A stretch of 64,000 bases of DNA from contig CAZLGG010000001.1 of assembly GCA_964559135.1 (NCBI GenBank), positions 72,163-136,162 of the forward strand, given 5' to 3'. Positions 1 to 9,941 of the stretch are shown piece after piece. The position numbers were made by a program, and so were the translations under genes. The notes beneath the pieces were generated by a model, which made no database searches, was not told the origin of the DNA, and saw only the letters and a program-made list of their open reading frames with translations. The stretch's first letter is position 1; each line of letters starts with the position of its first letter. The DNA is from an uncultured Planctomycetia bacterium (lineage in GTDB: Bacteria > Planctomycetota > GCA-002687715 > DRQF01).

Positions 1-2
1 CT

Positions 3-1853
3 CTCCTGGGCCCGCCTTTTCGCGGACAGAGTCTCGGATTACGGCTGTATCTGTCTCGTGCCGTGGACGTCGGCGTGGAGTGGCAGGGTGGAGAACGAGA
101 GGAAATCCTCGCGGTCAAGGAGGTGTCGATTCGTCTCGAATCCGCCCAATTCTTTTCCACCGTCCCGAGTCTCGGGCTTGTTCTGGGAGATCGAGGTCGG
201 CATGTGGCGGATGTCCTTTCCACCCGCGGCGGTCGCCTGGGCTCGGCCAATTGGCTTTTCCATGCCTCCGATCAGTTCGTCCCTCTCGTGTCCATGGACC
301 CCATCAGTTTCCCGGATTCTCATCTCGCGTTGGACGGGGTTCCTCTCATCTTTTGGTTTGACCCCGAACCCGGCGCGTGGCAGAACCCCGCACAAGCGGA
401 TGCCCTCATGGATTGGGTCCGATTCGGCGGGATTCTGGTCATCTTCACGGCCGACCGAGCGGATCGTCTGCGCGACCCGAGCCTCACGCCCTTCCTCCCC
501 GTCCATTCGGCGGCGGTGGGCGTCATGGCCTACCCGAGGTTGCGATCCGCCTCCAGGGTCGATCCGGGACGCGGGCCGGTCCTCCGGGGGGCTCTGCGCG
601 CCGACGCCGTGTGGAAGAGTGCCGCGTCACGATTCGAGAAAGGGACGACCGCCGACGTGGGGCTTGGTCGGTACGAGTGGAGCGTCGGGCGGGGACGGAT
701 CGTTCTTGCGAACTTCGACCCTTTGAACTGGGACCAGGGAGACGGGACGGCTCTCGCCTGGGCCCTGGCCTCCTCGGCCGGAATCGCGGTCCGGAACGGA
801 AGCGTGCGAACGGGAGGTTACGTCGGTCGAAGGAGCGTTGCCTTCGCCGCCCCGATGCTCGACGGCGTGCTGCAGAATGGCAACATCCTCGCTCCCAACG
901 TCGGACTCTTCGTCTTCCTGGGCCTCGTGTTCGTCGTTCTGATCGGACCCGTCGACTACATGGTCCTCAAACGGCGGGGCAAGCTGCATTGGAGCCCGAT
1001 CACGCTTCTCGTTTACTCTGCACTCTTCTCAGGGGGGGCATTCCTCGCAACCATGCTGCTCTTCGCTCCCGATGAGGAGGTCAATCGCGTGGTCGTCCTC
1101 GATCTTTTGCAGGACGAACAAGGTCGGGAGCTGGCCGAAGGATACCTTTACCAGGGTGTCTATGAACCCCTCGGCGCCACCGTGCCTTGCGATGTGCCCG
1201 CCTGGCGCATCTATGGGCTGACCGCGACCGGCAACGAGTTCAATCGGCTGGGGGGATCCGGTCGGCAGGTTTGGGACGGCGCGGGAAGACAATTTCCCGT
1301 CATGGAGATCCCGTTCAACGGTTTCCGATTGTCGGGAAATCGTATTTCGGGAGAGGTGTCCGAGACCGTGACGTGTCGGTGGGAACGGCAAGAGGACGGA
1401 TCCTTCGGCCTCGTGGTCCACAACGGTTTCGGGAACGCTCTGGAGAACATGCGTGTCGTCAAGGACGGGAAGCTGTACCTTTTTCGGGGCACCCTGAGGG
1501 CCGGCGAATCCAAGACGTTCGCTCTGGTGAGGGCTCGCGACATCCGGGGCGGGAATCTCGCCGTGCTCAGGGGCTCATCGCAGCGCGATGCGTTGGAATT
1601 GAGCCACGCGGCTCGAGTGCTCCTTCGAACGATGAGTCGTCGAGTGACGGATTCGGCGGACGACCGACATCGGTATCGTCGCAATGTCAGCCCGCCTTTC
1701 CCCTGGGTCAGCCCGCCCGGCGGCGAGACGGGGGATGCGTTTTTTCTGGCGTCCACGACGGCGCCTCCGTTCGAAGACGCTTTGGTCGGAAGGCGTCATG
1801 GTTTCGATCTGGTCATCGTGAGGCGACGGGTTCCCTCTCGAAATTCGGAGTGA
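3..1853 (+). CDS. Hypothetical membrane protein, likely 5'-partial. First gene of the ABC/MoxR operon.
   Basis: Long ORF in frame with GTG at 63. The frame has no stop back to position 3, so the gene probably starts upstream of the window. One strongly hydrophobic segment (LFVFLGLVFVVLIGPV...LLVYSALFSGGAFLATMLLF) mid-protein. No family assignable by eye. A GldG-like ABC auxiliary role is only a guess from context. Confidence 0.5.
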   Translation, partial: LLGPPFRGQSLGLRLYLSRAVDVGVEWQGGEREEILAVKEVSIRLESAQFFSTVPSLGLVLGDRGRHVADVLSTRGGRLGSANWLFHASDQFVPLVSMDPISFPDSHLALDGVPLIFWFDPEPGAWQNPAQADALMDWVRFGGILVIFTADRADRLRDPSLTPFLPVHSAAVGVMAYPRLRSASRVDPGRGPVLRGALRADAVWKSAASRFEKGTTADVGLGRYEWSVGRGRIVLANFDPLNWDQGDGTALAWALASSAGIAVRNGSVRTGGYVGRRSVAFAAPMLDGVLQNGNILAPNVGLFVFLGLVFVVLIGPVDYMVLKRRGKLHWSPITLLVYSALFSGGAFLATMLLFAPDEEVNRVVVLDLLQDEQGRELAEGYLYQGVYEPLGATVPCDVPAWRIYGLTATGNEFNRLGGSGRQVWDGAGRQFPVMEIPFNGFRLSGNRISGEVSETVTCRWERQEDGSFGLVVHNGFGNALENMRVVKDGKLYLFRGTLRAGESKTFALVRARDIRGGNLAVLRGSSQRDALELSHAARVLLRTMSRRVTDSADDRHRYRRNVSPPFPWVSPPGGETGDAFFLASTTAPPFEDALVGRRHGFDLVIVRRRVPSRNSE

Positions 1854-1857
1854 GTGG

Positions 1858-2832
1858 ATGACTGCGATTCTCGAATGTCGTCATTTGAGCAAGTCCTACG
1901 GCAGACTTCGCGCCGTCGATGACTTCACGGTCACCGTCGAGGCCGGAGAGATCCTCGGTTTCGTGGGCCCGAATGGCGCCGGAAAATCGACGGCCCTCAA
2001 GATGATCGCCACGATCTTGAAGCCCTCGAGTGGTGACGCGCTCGTCTGCGGGTACTCGATACGTAGGGATCCCCAGGAAGTCCGCCGACGGATCGGATAC
2101 ATGCCCGACGTCTGCGGTCTCTATGAAACCCTTACGGTCGAGGAATACCTGAGCTTCTTCGCTTCCGTCTACAAGATCTACGGGGAAGCGCGCAAGAGAA
2201 TCGTCAGAGAAGTCCTGGAGCTCACGGGTCTGGAATCGAAGTCGGCCGCCCGCTGCGGCGCCCTATCGCGTGGGATGTCCCAGCGTTTGCACCTCGCACG
2301 TGTCCTCATCCATGATCCGTTTCTCTTGCTCCTGGACGAGCCCGCTTCGGGGCTCGATCCCCGCGCCCGGGTCGAGTTGAGGGAACTCCTCACCACCCTC
2401 AAGGACATGGGGAAGAGCATCATCATCTCCAGCCACATTCTGTCGGAGCTGGGTGAGATGTGCGACACCGTGGCCATGATCGAGACGTCCAAACTCGTCT
2501 ACGTGGGGCACGTGGACGACGCGGGGCGCGGCATGGCGCATGAGGGCAGGGTCTACCGGTTGAGGTTGAGCGCGGCCGAAGCGACACAAGGCGTTCAGGG
2601 CGGCTCGCGAGCGGATCTCGTGGAATTGCTCAAGGGAATTCGCGGAGTCGACGGGGTTCGGGATGGCGAAGACGAGCAGACGCTGTTGCTCCGTCTCCTC
2701 CCGAGCGAGGCCCGTCCCCACGCGATCCTGAAGTCTCTTCTCGACCGGGGTTTTCCCATCGAGGAGTTCGCATCGGAGCGTTTGGGTCTCGAGGACGCTT
2801 TTCTTCATCTCACCACCGGAAAAGTCCAATGA
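1858..2832 (+). CDS. ABC transporter ATP-binding protein, ABC-2 type, with a ~90-aa C-terminal extension (DUF4162-like)
   Basis: Walker A GPNGAGKST, ABC signature LSRGMSQRL, Walker B LLLLDEP, H-loop SSHIL. Starts 4 nt after the previous stop. Confidence 0.9.
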   Translation: MTAILECRHLSKSYGRLRAVDDFTVTVEAGEILGFVGPNGAGKSTALKMIATILKPSSGDALVCGYSIRRDPQEVRRRIGYMPDVCGLYETLTVEEYLSFFASVYKIYGEARKRIVREVLELTGLESKSAARCGALSRGMSQRLHLARVLIHDPFLLLLDEPASGLDPRARVELRELLTTLKDMGKSIIISSHILSELGEMCDTVAMIETSKLVYVGHVDDAGRGMAHEGRVYRLRLSAAEATQGVQGGSRADLVELLKGIRGVDGVRDGEDEQTLLLRLLPSEARPHAILKSLLDRGFPIEEFASERLGLEDAFLHLTTGKVQ

Positions 2833-4514
2833 AGGCGATCTTCCGGCAGGAATTCATCCTTTACGCCCAGAGCAAGGCGTTTTTCTGGTTGAGATCCGGG
2901 GCCTTCGCCTTGCCCCTGCTTCTTTCGACGGCTGGAATGTCGGAGGCGAGGACACCCGACGAAAAAGGGTATGTCCTTTTCATCACCACTTACCTCTCCC
3001 TGATTGCGGTCGTCTTGTTCATGGGGCCCGCGCTCTTGGCCCCGGTCATCGCCGAGGAGCGAAAGAACAATCGTCTCGACGTGCTGCGCAGTGCCCCCGT
3101 CGGGAGCTGGGGAATCGTGTTCGGCAAATGGTCGGCCCGCGGCGCATCGCTTGGCGCCGTCGTGCTCGCCGTCATGCCCTTGGCGGCGACGGCGCTCCTG
3201 TTCGGCGGTGTCGCGCCCGGGCAATTCCTCGAGGGTGCCGCGATCACCTTGGCCACGCTGTTCTGGGTCACCGCGTGCGCATTCTGGATCGGGAGTATCG
3301 TTCGAGACCCGTCGTCGTCGGCTCGGATCGGCATCGTGGCGGTTCTTCTTTTCGGAAGTGTGACAGCTCTCGGTCTGGCCGCGGGTGAGATCTATCGGGA
3401 ATTGACCGGGTCTTCGTCGTGGGCCGTCTCGACGGGGGGAAACCTTTTGGCCTTCCTCAATCCTTTCGTCGTGTTTGTCAACGTCTTCGAACCCCTACCG
3501 ATGAGCTTCGCGGTCTCGAGTGTGACCGGCCTGAGTCCCCTTGCGTTCTATGCCGGTGCATCGACGGCGGCGGGGGCGGGTTTCCTCGTGCTGGCTCGCC
3601 GCGCGATCGGCCGCGAACCCAGGACCTCGGCAGGGAAACGAAGGATGCCGTGGCGTCGTCCCGAATCGAAGACGGCCTTGGCGAAGATCTGGATCTTGGA
3701 CTCGCATCCTCTGGTGTGGCTGGACGGGATGCTGTCCGGCCGGGGGAAAGGAGGGCTTCTGCGGAGAGTGTTCTTTCTCGTCGCGGTCGTCGGCGGTGAG
3801 ATCCTTTTCGCGAGTCTCTATTCCACGATTCGAGACAGACGGTTTCGCCCGGACGAGATTCTCGTCCTCCATGCCTTTGCCGCCGGCATCGCGCTGTTCT
3901 TGGCTTTCGTCTCGGTGGCCAGTGTGGGGGCGACCGTGTTTCACCGGGACAGCGAAGCCCGATCCTTGGAGGTCCTCCACGCCGCACCTCTCGACACGCG
4001 TTCGATGGTGATGGAACGGATGGGCGTCGTCTTGCGGGCCGGAGGCCTCTATTGGTTCCTCAGCGTTCTGCATGTCGTCTTCGGTTGCGCCGCGGGGGAT
4101 CTCGCCCCCTGGGTGCTGCCCATGTACGTCACCTACTCGGGGATTCTCGTCTTCGCCTTGGCCGTTTTCGCCGCTGCCGTCTCTTTGCACCGGGAATCGG
4201 CCCGTAAATCCGTGCTCTGGGTCTTCGGCAGCATGGTGGCGTTCACGGTGGTCCTGCCGATTTTTCTGGGTCTCATGGTTTCCGGCAAGAGTGTGAACGA
4301 AGTCGGCGTTCTGCTCTTGTTGGGCCATCATCCTTATCTGATCGCGATGGACCCCTTTGTCCTTGCCTCCCTGTCTGACCTTCGAAATGACATGGACTGG
4401 GTGATCGCACCTTTCATCTACCTGGCGCAGTATGCTCTCGTAGCCGGCTATCTGTGGAGAAACATGTCGAGGCAATACGCGAAGAGGCGAGCGGCGAATT
4501 GGGAATTGAAATGA
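2829..4514 (+). CDS. ABC-2 family transporter permease, large multi-TM protein (561 aa)
   Basis: ATGA start/stop overlap with the ATPase gene. Hydrophobic helices throughout (e.g. AFALPLLLSTAG, LIAVVLFMGPALLAPVIA, VFFLVAVVGGEILFASLY). Confidence 0.8.
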   Translation: MKAIFRQEFILYAQSKAFFWLRSGAFALPLLLSTAGMSEARTPDEKGYVLFITTYLSLIAVVLFMGPALLAPVIAEERKNNRLDVLRSAPVGSWGIVFGKWSARGASLGAVVLAVMPLAATALLFGGVAPGQFLEGAAITLATLFWVTACAFWIGSIVRDPSSSARIGIVAVLLFGSVTALGLAAGEIYRELTGSSSWAVSTGGNLLAFLNPFVVFVNVFEPLPMSFAVSSVTGLSPLAFYAGASTAAGAGFLVLARRAIGREPRTSAGKRRMPWRRPESKTALAKIWILDSHPLVWLDGMLSGRGKGGLLRRVFFLVAVVGGEILFASLYSTIRDRRFRPDEILVLHAFAAGIALFLAFVSVASVGATVFHRDSEARSLEVLHAAPLDTRSMVMERMGVVLRAGGLYWFLSVLHVVFGCAAGDLAPWVLPMYVTYSGILVFALAVFAAAVSLHRESARKSVLWVFGSMVAFTVVLPIFLGLMVSGKSVNEVGVLLLLGHHPYLIAMDPFVLASLSDLRNDMDWVIAPFIYLAQYALVAGYLWRNMSRQYAKRRAANWELK

Positions 4515-6178
4515 CGTATGCGGACCTGCATCGCCGCGCCGCGGCCCGGATTCTACGCGGCCGCGCGTGGGATCGATCGACTCGGGGATTGTTTTGGGGA
4601 GCAGCCTTAGGGAGTCTGTTGTCCGTCGTTCACGCCTTCATGGGGTGGCCCATATTCTGGCCCCTCGTATTCGCGCCTCTGAGCGCGCTGGCGGGCGGCG
4701 CCGTCGCCCTGTGGCGAGGCCGTCCGACACGAGACCATGTCGCCCACGAATTGGATCGTCGTCTCGGCTGGAAGGAAGCCGCGCTCACGGAGTCCTGGTT
4801 GGCGGCTCGTGGTGCGTATGAAGAGTCCGACGAAAGCTTGGCTCCCCTGGTGAGCGAAACTCTGGAGGGCAAGCTCCAGGCGATCACTCCCCGCAAACTG
4901 AGAGACGTTTTCCCTCTTCCGAGACGTGGCCGCCGCGTGACGGCGGCTGTCGTTTTCCTGGCGATCGCCGCGGTCGTGTCGCCCGGAATCCCTTCCCTTC
5001 GCGCCGACGACCCGGCCGCGCGGAGGGGCAAGCAACAAGCCGCAGCGCGCCGCAAGGAAGACGCCGCCGCTCGGAAACTCGTGGCCAAAGTCAAGAAGGC
5101 AGCGAGCGAGCTGGAGAGGCTGGCCGCGCAACGCAAGTGGAAGAAACTGCTTTCTGCCGCCAAGGCTTTGAAGACCCGAGCGGTGGGGTTGGAGAAGCGA
5201 TTCCCCGGGGCGATCCGTGCAAAAGTGCGGATGGAAGCATGGTCGAAGGAAGCGGCCAAGGCGATCACGGACGCAATGGACGGTCCTGGCGGCACGGGTC
5301 GCGGTCGGGGGGCAGCCAAGTGCTCTGAAGATGTCGAGGAGATGACCGCCATGGCCCGGGCACTGGAATCCCTGGGCCTCGAGAGCTTGGCCGGCGACTT
5401 GGAAAATGCCGCTCGCGACCTCCGAGAGTTTGCCGACGGTCAGCGAGACGCGGGGGAGATCGAGGAGCATCGCGGTGACCTCGATGCACGTCGTCTCGAG
5501 GACCTGAAGGAACGCTTGGAGAGCGCCGCGCGCCGACTGGAAGATCTACGGAAACTGCTGGACGCCCATCCCGAGTTGAAGAGTCTCCTCGGTGGACTCA
5601 CTCGAGAACAATCGGAGAAGCTGAAGGAGATCGTCAAGGAGTTGGACCGTCTGCTCGCGGGCATCGAAGCTGATCCCTCCGGCACGATGCCGACCCCGGA
5701 GGAATTGCAACGACTGGCGAAGCTGATGAAGGACCTCTCGGTCGATGACCTCCAACGAATTCTCGACACGCTTCGGGAGCTGGAGGCCCTCCAAGCCCTG
5801 GAAAACCTGGCCGATGCGGCCGCATCCGGGGCGCCGCTGCCGTCCTTGGAGTCGCTGCTTCAGGGGATCTCATCCGGGATGGGGCCGGGGATGGGAAGCG
5901 GGGCTCCGCGTCCCAAGGCGGAGACGGCCAACACCGAGGCGAAGACGGAGCACCTACGCGGCTCTCTCGACCCCGAGGGGCAGGTGATCCGGAGACAACG
6001 ATTCCGGGGACTCCCGCGAACGGCGACCTCGAAGGAGGAGTTGGATCGCTTGGCGAAACTTGTGGAGGGGGCCCAGGAGGGAGTGATCCGCCGGGGGCTT
6101 TCTCCGTCCGCTCGTCCGTGGGTCAAGCGCTACTTTGAGGCCCTGCGAGCGGCGTCACATGGCGGGGACAAGCATTGA
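4511..6178 (+). CDS. Uncharacterised membrane-anchored coiled-coil protein
   Basis: ATG at 4511 overlaps the permease stop (ATGA). The ORF frame opens at 4454, but translational coupling favours 4511. Two N-terminal TM helices (WGAALGSLLSVVHAFMGWPIFWPLVFAPLSALAGGAVALW) and a third (VTAAVVFLAIAAVVSPGI). The rest is long and charged, with Lys/Arg/Glu/Ala-rich heptad-like stretches (AARRKEDAAARKLVAKVKKAASELERLAAQRKWKKLL...). Confidence 0.6.
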   Translation: MTYADLHRRAAARILRGRAWDRSTRGLFWGAALGSLLSVVHAFMGWPIFWPLVFAPLSALAGGAVALWRGRPTRDHVAHELDRRLGWKEAALTESWLAARGAYEESDESLAPLVSETLEGKLQAITPRKLRDVFPLPRRGRRVTAAVVFLAIAAVVSPGIPSLRADDPAARRGKQQAAARRKEDAAARKLVAKVKKAASELERLAAQRKWKKLLSAAKALKTRAVGLEKRFPGAIRAKVRMEAWSKEAAKAITDAMDGPGGTGRGRGAAKCSEDVEEMTAMARALESLGLESLAGDLENAARDLREFADGQRDAGEIEEHRGDLDARRLEDLKERLESAARRLEDLRKLLDAHPELKSLLGGLTREQSEKLKEIVKELDRLLAGIEADPSGTMPTPEELQRLAKLMKDLSVDDLQRILDTLRELEALQALENLADAAASGAPLPSLESLLQGISSGMGPGMGSGAPRPKAETANTEAKTEHLRGSLDPEGQVIRRQRFRGLPRTATSKEELDRLAKLVEGAQEGVIRRGLSPSARPWVKRYFEALRAASHGGDKH

Positions 6179-8949
6179 ATTGGGTCTTTCCGGCATGGCT
6201 TTTCCTTCTCGTCGTTCCCCTCGCGCTCATGGTTTGGGCAGTCCTCGTGCGACGTCGTCTGGGCCGTCGCCGTTTCGTCTCATTGATCCTTCGATCGTTC
6301 GCCTTGGCGGCGCTCGTCGCGGCGATCGCCCGTCCTCGACTCGTCGATACGGTCGAGGACTTGGGGCTCGTCTTCGTCCTCGATGTCTCCAAGAGTGTTC
6401 CCGTCGAGGCGAGAGATGACGGTTTGCGTTGGGCTCTCTCCGAGATGGCGAAAGGCAAAGGGAACGACCGTGCGGCGCTCGTCGTCTTCGGGTCCAATCC
6501 CGCCGTCGAGATTCCGTTTTCGGCGCCCCCCAAGGAGCCAGGGAGCGATTCCGAGGCCGGCCCCCTCCTCGAACTCGAGAGCCGCGTCGATCTCCAGGAG
6601 ACGGATATCGCCGAGGCCTTGGCCCTGGCTCGCTCCCTCGTCCCCGAGGAGTTGGCGGCCCGTGTCGTTCTCATCTCCGACGGCAACGCGACCCGTGGGG
6701 AGACCGATCTCGCGATTCGCGAATTGGGCTCATCCGGAGTGAGTGTCGATGTCCGTCCCCTCCACTACGTGCATGACGACGAAGTCATGGTGCAAAGTCT
6801 CGAGGCATCGCCGCGCACCCATGTCGACGAACCTCTCGAGCTGGTTCTCGTGGTTCGTGCCCTCGGCGAGGGTGCGGCCACGGCCCAGGTCTTCGAGGAT
6901 GGTCGCCCCGTGAGCGAACCGGTGAGGCTGCGCGTTCGCTCCGGAGACCAGGCCTACCGCTTCGTCGTGGCGCCCCCCGAGCCGGGATTCCACACCTACC
7001 AAGTGCGTCTCAACCCGGACCGGGACGGCAACCGCCGCAACAACGTCGGGCGGTGCGGTGTCGTCGTGCAAGGTCGTTCGTCCGTCGCGGTCGTGTCGTC
7101 CTCCGATCACGACCAGCGTCTCACGGGAGTCTTCCGGAAATCCGGGCTCGACGTCGCCCATGTCTCGGCCTCCAACCTCCCTCGCCACCCGGCGGATTGG
7201 ATCGGTCGCGGCGCGGTCGTACTCGACGATCTGCCGGCCTGGGACATGGATCGGGAGCAGATGCTGGCCCTTGCCGTGGCCGTGAAGGATTTGGGAATGG
7301 GGTTGTTGGTCGTCGGCGGGCCCACTTCGTTCGCCCCGGGCGGCTATCGGGGGACGCCCCTCGAGCCCGTTTTCCCGGTTCGCCTGGACGTCCTCAACGA
7401 GAAGCTCACCCCCAAGGGCGCTCTCGTCGTCGTGTTGCACAGCGTTGAGTTCGATCAGGGCAACACGTGGGCCGAGCGAATCTGCGAGACGGCTTTGAAA
7501 TCCCTCTCACCCCGTGACGAGATGGGAATCGTCTACTTCGATCCCTCCCAGGGCGAGCGCTGGCTGTTCAACCTCGGTCCGGTGGGCGATGGCGCGGCGC
7601 AGAAACAACTCATCCGAAACGTCACGGTGGGGGACATGCCGTCCTTCCACAAGTGTTTTCTGCTCGCTCTCAAATCGTTGGCTCGAAGTCGGGCATCGGT
7701 CAAGCACGTCGTCGTGATCTCGGACGGCGATCCACAGGCGCCGTCCCCTCAGGTTCTTCAGACCCTGAAGACAATGAAGGTCACCGTCTCCGGTGTGGCC
7801 GTCGCACCTCACGGCCTCAATGTTCTCGAGGACTTGGCAACTTGCGGAGGCGGCCGCTACATCCAACTCGATCGCAGTTCGGCGGACCTTGCGAGGATTC
7901 CCCGCTTCATCGTTCGTGAAGCCTCCAGGATCCGGCGGCCCAGCGTCGAGGAAAAGCCGTTCACACCCCTCGTCTCTCTGCCGGGCTCGATCCTGATTCG
8001 GGGAATCGATTCGGGATTCCCCCGGCTCCTCGGGCACGTCGTGACGTCGGCCCGCGCCGAGGCCGACACGGTCCTCTTGGCCGACGAGAAAAGGGGCGAC
8101 CCTCTCTTGGCGACATGGAATTTCGGCCTGGGGAGGGTGACCGCCTTCACCTCCGATGCCACGTCGCGGTGGTCCAAGGAATGGCTCTCCTGGGACGGAT
8201 TCACCCGATTCTGGACCCGACAGATTCGAGCGGTCCTCCCCGCGTCCGAGGGCAGTGGATTCCCCCTGCGTGCCACGTGGAGCGGTTCGCGTCTCGATCT
8301 CGAAATGGAAGCCGAAGACGGGCAGGGGCGCCCGCTGACGGCCTTGGAACCGCGCGTCGCTCTTCTCCGGGAGGGTGGGGCATCACGGGACATTTCCCTC
8401 GTGCAATCCGAGCCTGGCCGCTATGTCGCGTCCGTCGCGGTTGTCGAACCCGGGGACTACCTCGCCCGCGCCCGGTACGACGTCGAAGGAAAGCGACGGG
8501 TGAGTCTGGCCGCGGCCTCTTTGTCTTTCGGGCCGGAGGACAGGAGTCTTCGCAGCGCCGATGACAAGCTCGCCTATTGGGCATCTCTCGCCGGCGGCAT
8601 CGACCTCTCTTCGGGGGGAGACCCCTGGCGTCACGACATGGTGAGCGTCCGATCCCGCCGGGAACTGTGGCGAGACCTCCTCGTCGCAGGTCTCCTGCTC
8701 ATGCTGCTCGACGTGGGAACGCGGCGCATCCAGCTCGGCCGGACACCTCGTGCCGTGAGATCCGCGCCGTCCGCGGCCTCGCCGCGCCGGGCACGCGAAT
8801 CTCGAGCCCCGCCTCTCCCCGAGGCGGAACCCGAGGCCGAACCCTCGAAGGATGAGGTCGTGACCGATCCGGCGGCGACCGAAGAACAACGCATGCGCGC
8901 TCTCAAGTCCGCGAAGAGGCGGGCGCGCAGAAGACAGGAGTGGCAATGA
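6175..8949 (+). CDS. Large BatA-like membrane protein with VWA domain(s) (924 aa)
   Basis: ATGA overlap with the previous gene. BatA_N-type N-terminus (MNWVFPAWLFLLVVPLALMVWAVLVRRRL). VWA/MIDAS-like DxSxS motif (VFVLDVSKSV). A second VWA-like block (ALVVVLHSVEFDQGNTW...HVVVISDGDP). A late TM segment (LLVAGLLLMLLDVG). Pro/Arg/Glu-rich C-terminal tail. Confidence 0.75.
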   Translation: MNWVFPAWLFLLVVPLALMVWAVLVRRRLGRRRFVSLILRSFALAALVAAIARPRLVDTVEDLGLVFVLDVSKSVPVEARDDGLRWALSEMAKGKGNDRAALVVFGSNPAVEIPFSAPPKEPGSDSEAGPLLELESRVDLQETDIAEALALARSLVPEELAARVVLISDGNATRGETDLAIRELGSSGVSVDVRPLHYVHDDEVMVQSLEASPRTHVDEPLELVLVVRALGEGAATAQVFEDGRPVSEPVRLRVRSGDQAYRFVVAPPEPGFHTYQVRLNPDRDGNRRNNVGRCGVVVQGRSSVAVVSSSDHDQRLTGVFRKSGLDVAHVSASNLPRHPADWIGRGAVVLDDLPAWDMDREQMLALAVAVKDLGMGLLVVGGPTSFAPGGYRGTPLEPVFPVRLDVLNEKLTPKGALVVVLHSVEFDQGNTWAERICETALKSLSPRDEMGIVYFDPSQGERWLFNLGPVGDGAAQKQLIRNVTVGDMPSFHKCFLLALKSLARSRASVKHVVVISDGDPQAPSPQVLQTLKTMKVTVSGVAVAPHGLNVLEDLATCGGGRYIQLDRSSADLARIPRFIVREASRIRRPSVEEKPFTPLVSLPGSILIRGIDSGFPRLLGHVVTSARAEADTVLLADEKRGDPLLATWNFGLGRVTAFTSDATSRWSKEWLSWDGFTRFWTRQIRAVLPASEGSGFPLRATWSGSRLDLEMEAEDGQGRPLTALEPRVALLREGGASRDISLVQSEPGRYVASVAVVEPGDYLARARYDVEGKRRVSLAAASLSFGPEDRSLRSADDKLAYWASLAGGIDLSSGGDPWRHDMVSVRSRRELWRDLLVAGLLLMLLDVGTRRIQLGRTPRAVRSAPSAASPRRARESRAPPLPEAEPEAEPSKDEVVTDPAATEEQRMRALKSAKRRARRRQEWQ

Positions 8950-9941
8950 TGGATGCGGTTCTCGAAGAGTTTCCTCGACGGTTCCAGGCCCTGAAGGAAG
9001 CGGTTGGTCAGGTCATGGTGGGGCAGGCGAACGTCGTCGACCTCGTCTTGACGGCTCTTTTCTCCGACGGGCACTGCCTTTTGGAAGGCTTGCCCGGGCT
9101 GGGAAAGACGCAGCTCGTCAAGACCCTTTCGGAAGCGTTGGGACTGAAGTTCTCGCGTATCCAGTTCACGCCGGATCTCATGCCCGCGGATGTGACGGGA
9201 ACAAACATCATCGAGGAGGACGAGAACGGGAGGAAGCGCTACGCGTTCCGCAAGGGCCCTATTTTCTCGCAGCTCGTCCTCGCGGATGAGATCAATCGGG
9301 CCACGCCGAAAACGCAGTCAGCTCTGCTGGAAGCCATGCAGGAGCGGACCGTCACGTCCTGGGGAGAAACCCGTCCCATCGAGCGGCCCCTTCTCGTCTT
9401 GGCGACGCAGAACCCCATCGAAATGGAGGGGACCTACCCGTTGCCGGAGGCCCAGCTCGACCGCTTTCTCTTCAAGGTCCTCGTACCCAGACCGAACAGG
9501 TCGGAATTGGTGGAGATCGTGGAACGGAGCACGCGCAGTCGAGCGCCGCGGGCGGAGGCGGTCATGGACCGGGATGAACTCCTACGGTGGCAATCGACGG
9601 TTCGCGACGTGGCGGCGGCGCCGCAGGTTCTGGATTTTGCGGCCCGTCTCGTCGAGGCAAGCCATCCCACGGGCGCCGGTGCCCCGGAACTCGTGGACCG
9701 CTACGTGCGTTTCGGCGCCAGCCCCCGTGCAGCCCAGAGTCTCGTGTTGGCGGGAAAGGTGAGGGCGCTCGCCGACGGCAGGCCGCAGCTCGCCTACATG
9801 GATCTCCGCTGGGCAGCCACCGCGGTCTTCCGCCATCGCCTCGTCTTGGGCTACGAGGCCCAGGTGGATGACGTCACCCCGGACACGATCACCGCGGCCC
9901 TTCTCGAAGCCGTTCCCGATCTCGCCGAGGACGCGGCATGA
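8946..9941 (+). CDS. MoxR-family AAA+ ATPase
   Basis: Walker A GLPGLGKT, then the MoxR-typical block LVKTLSEALGLKFSRIQFTPDLMPADVTGT. ATG at 8946 overlaps the upstream stop (ATGA); the ORF track starts at GTG 8940. Confidence 0.9.
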   Translation: MMDAVLEEFPRRFQALKEAVGQVMVGQANVVDLVLTALFSDGHCLLEGLPGLGKTQLVKTLSEALGLKFSRIQFTPDLMPADVTGTNIIEEDENGRKRYAFRKGPIFSQLVLADEINRATPKTQSALLEAMQERTVTSWGETRPIERPLLVLATQNPIEMEGTYPLPEAQLDRFLFKVLVPRPNRSELVEIVERSTRSRAPRAEAVMDRDELLRWQSTVRDVAAAPQVLDFAARLVEASHPTGAGAPELVDRYVRFGASPRAAQSLVLAGKVRALADGRPQLAYMDLRWAATAVFRHRLVLGYEAQVDDVTPDTITAALLEAVPDLAEDAA

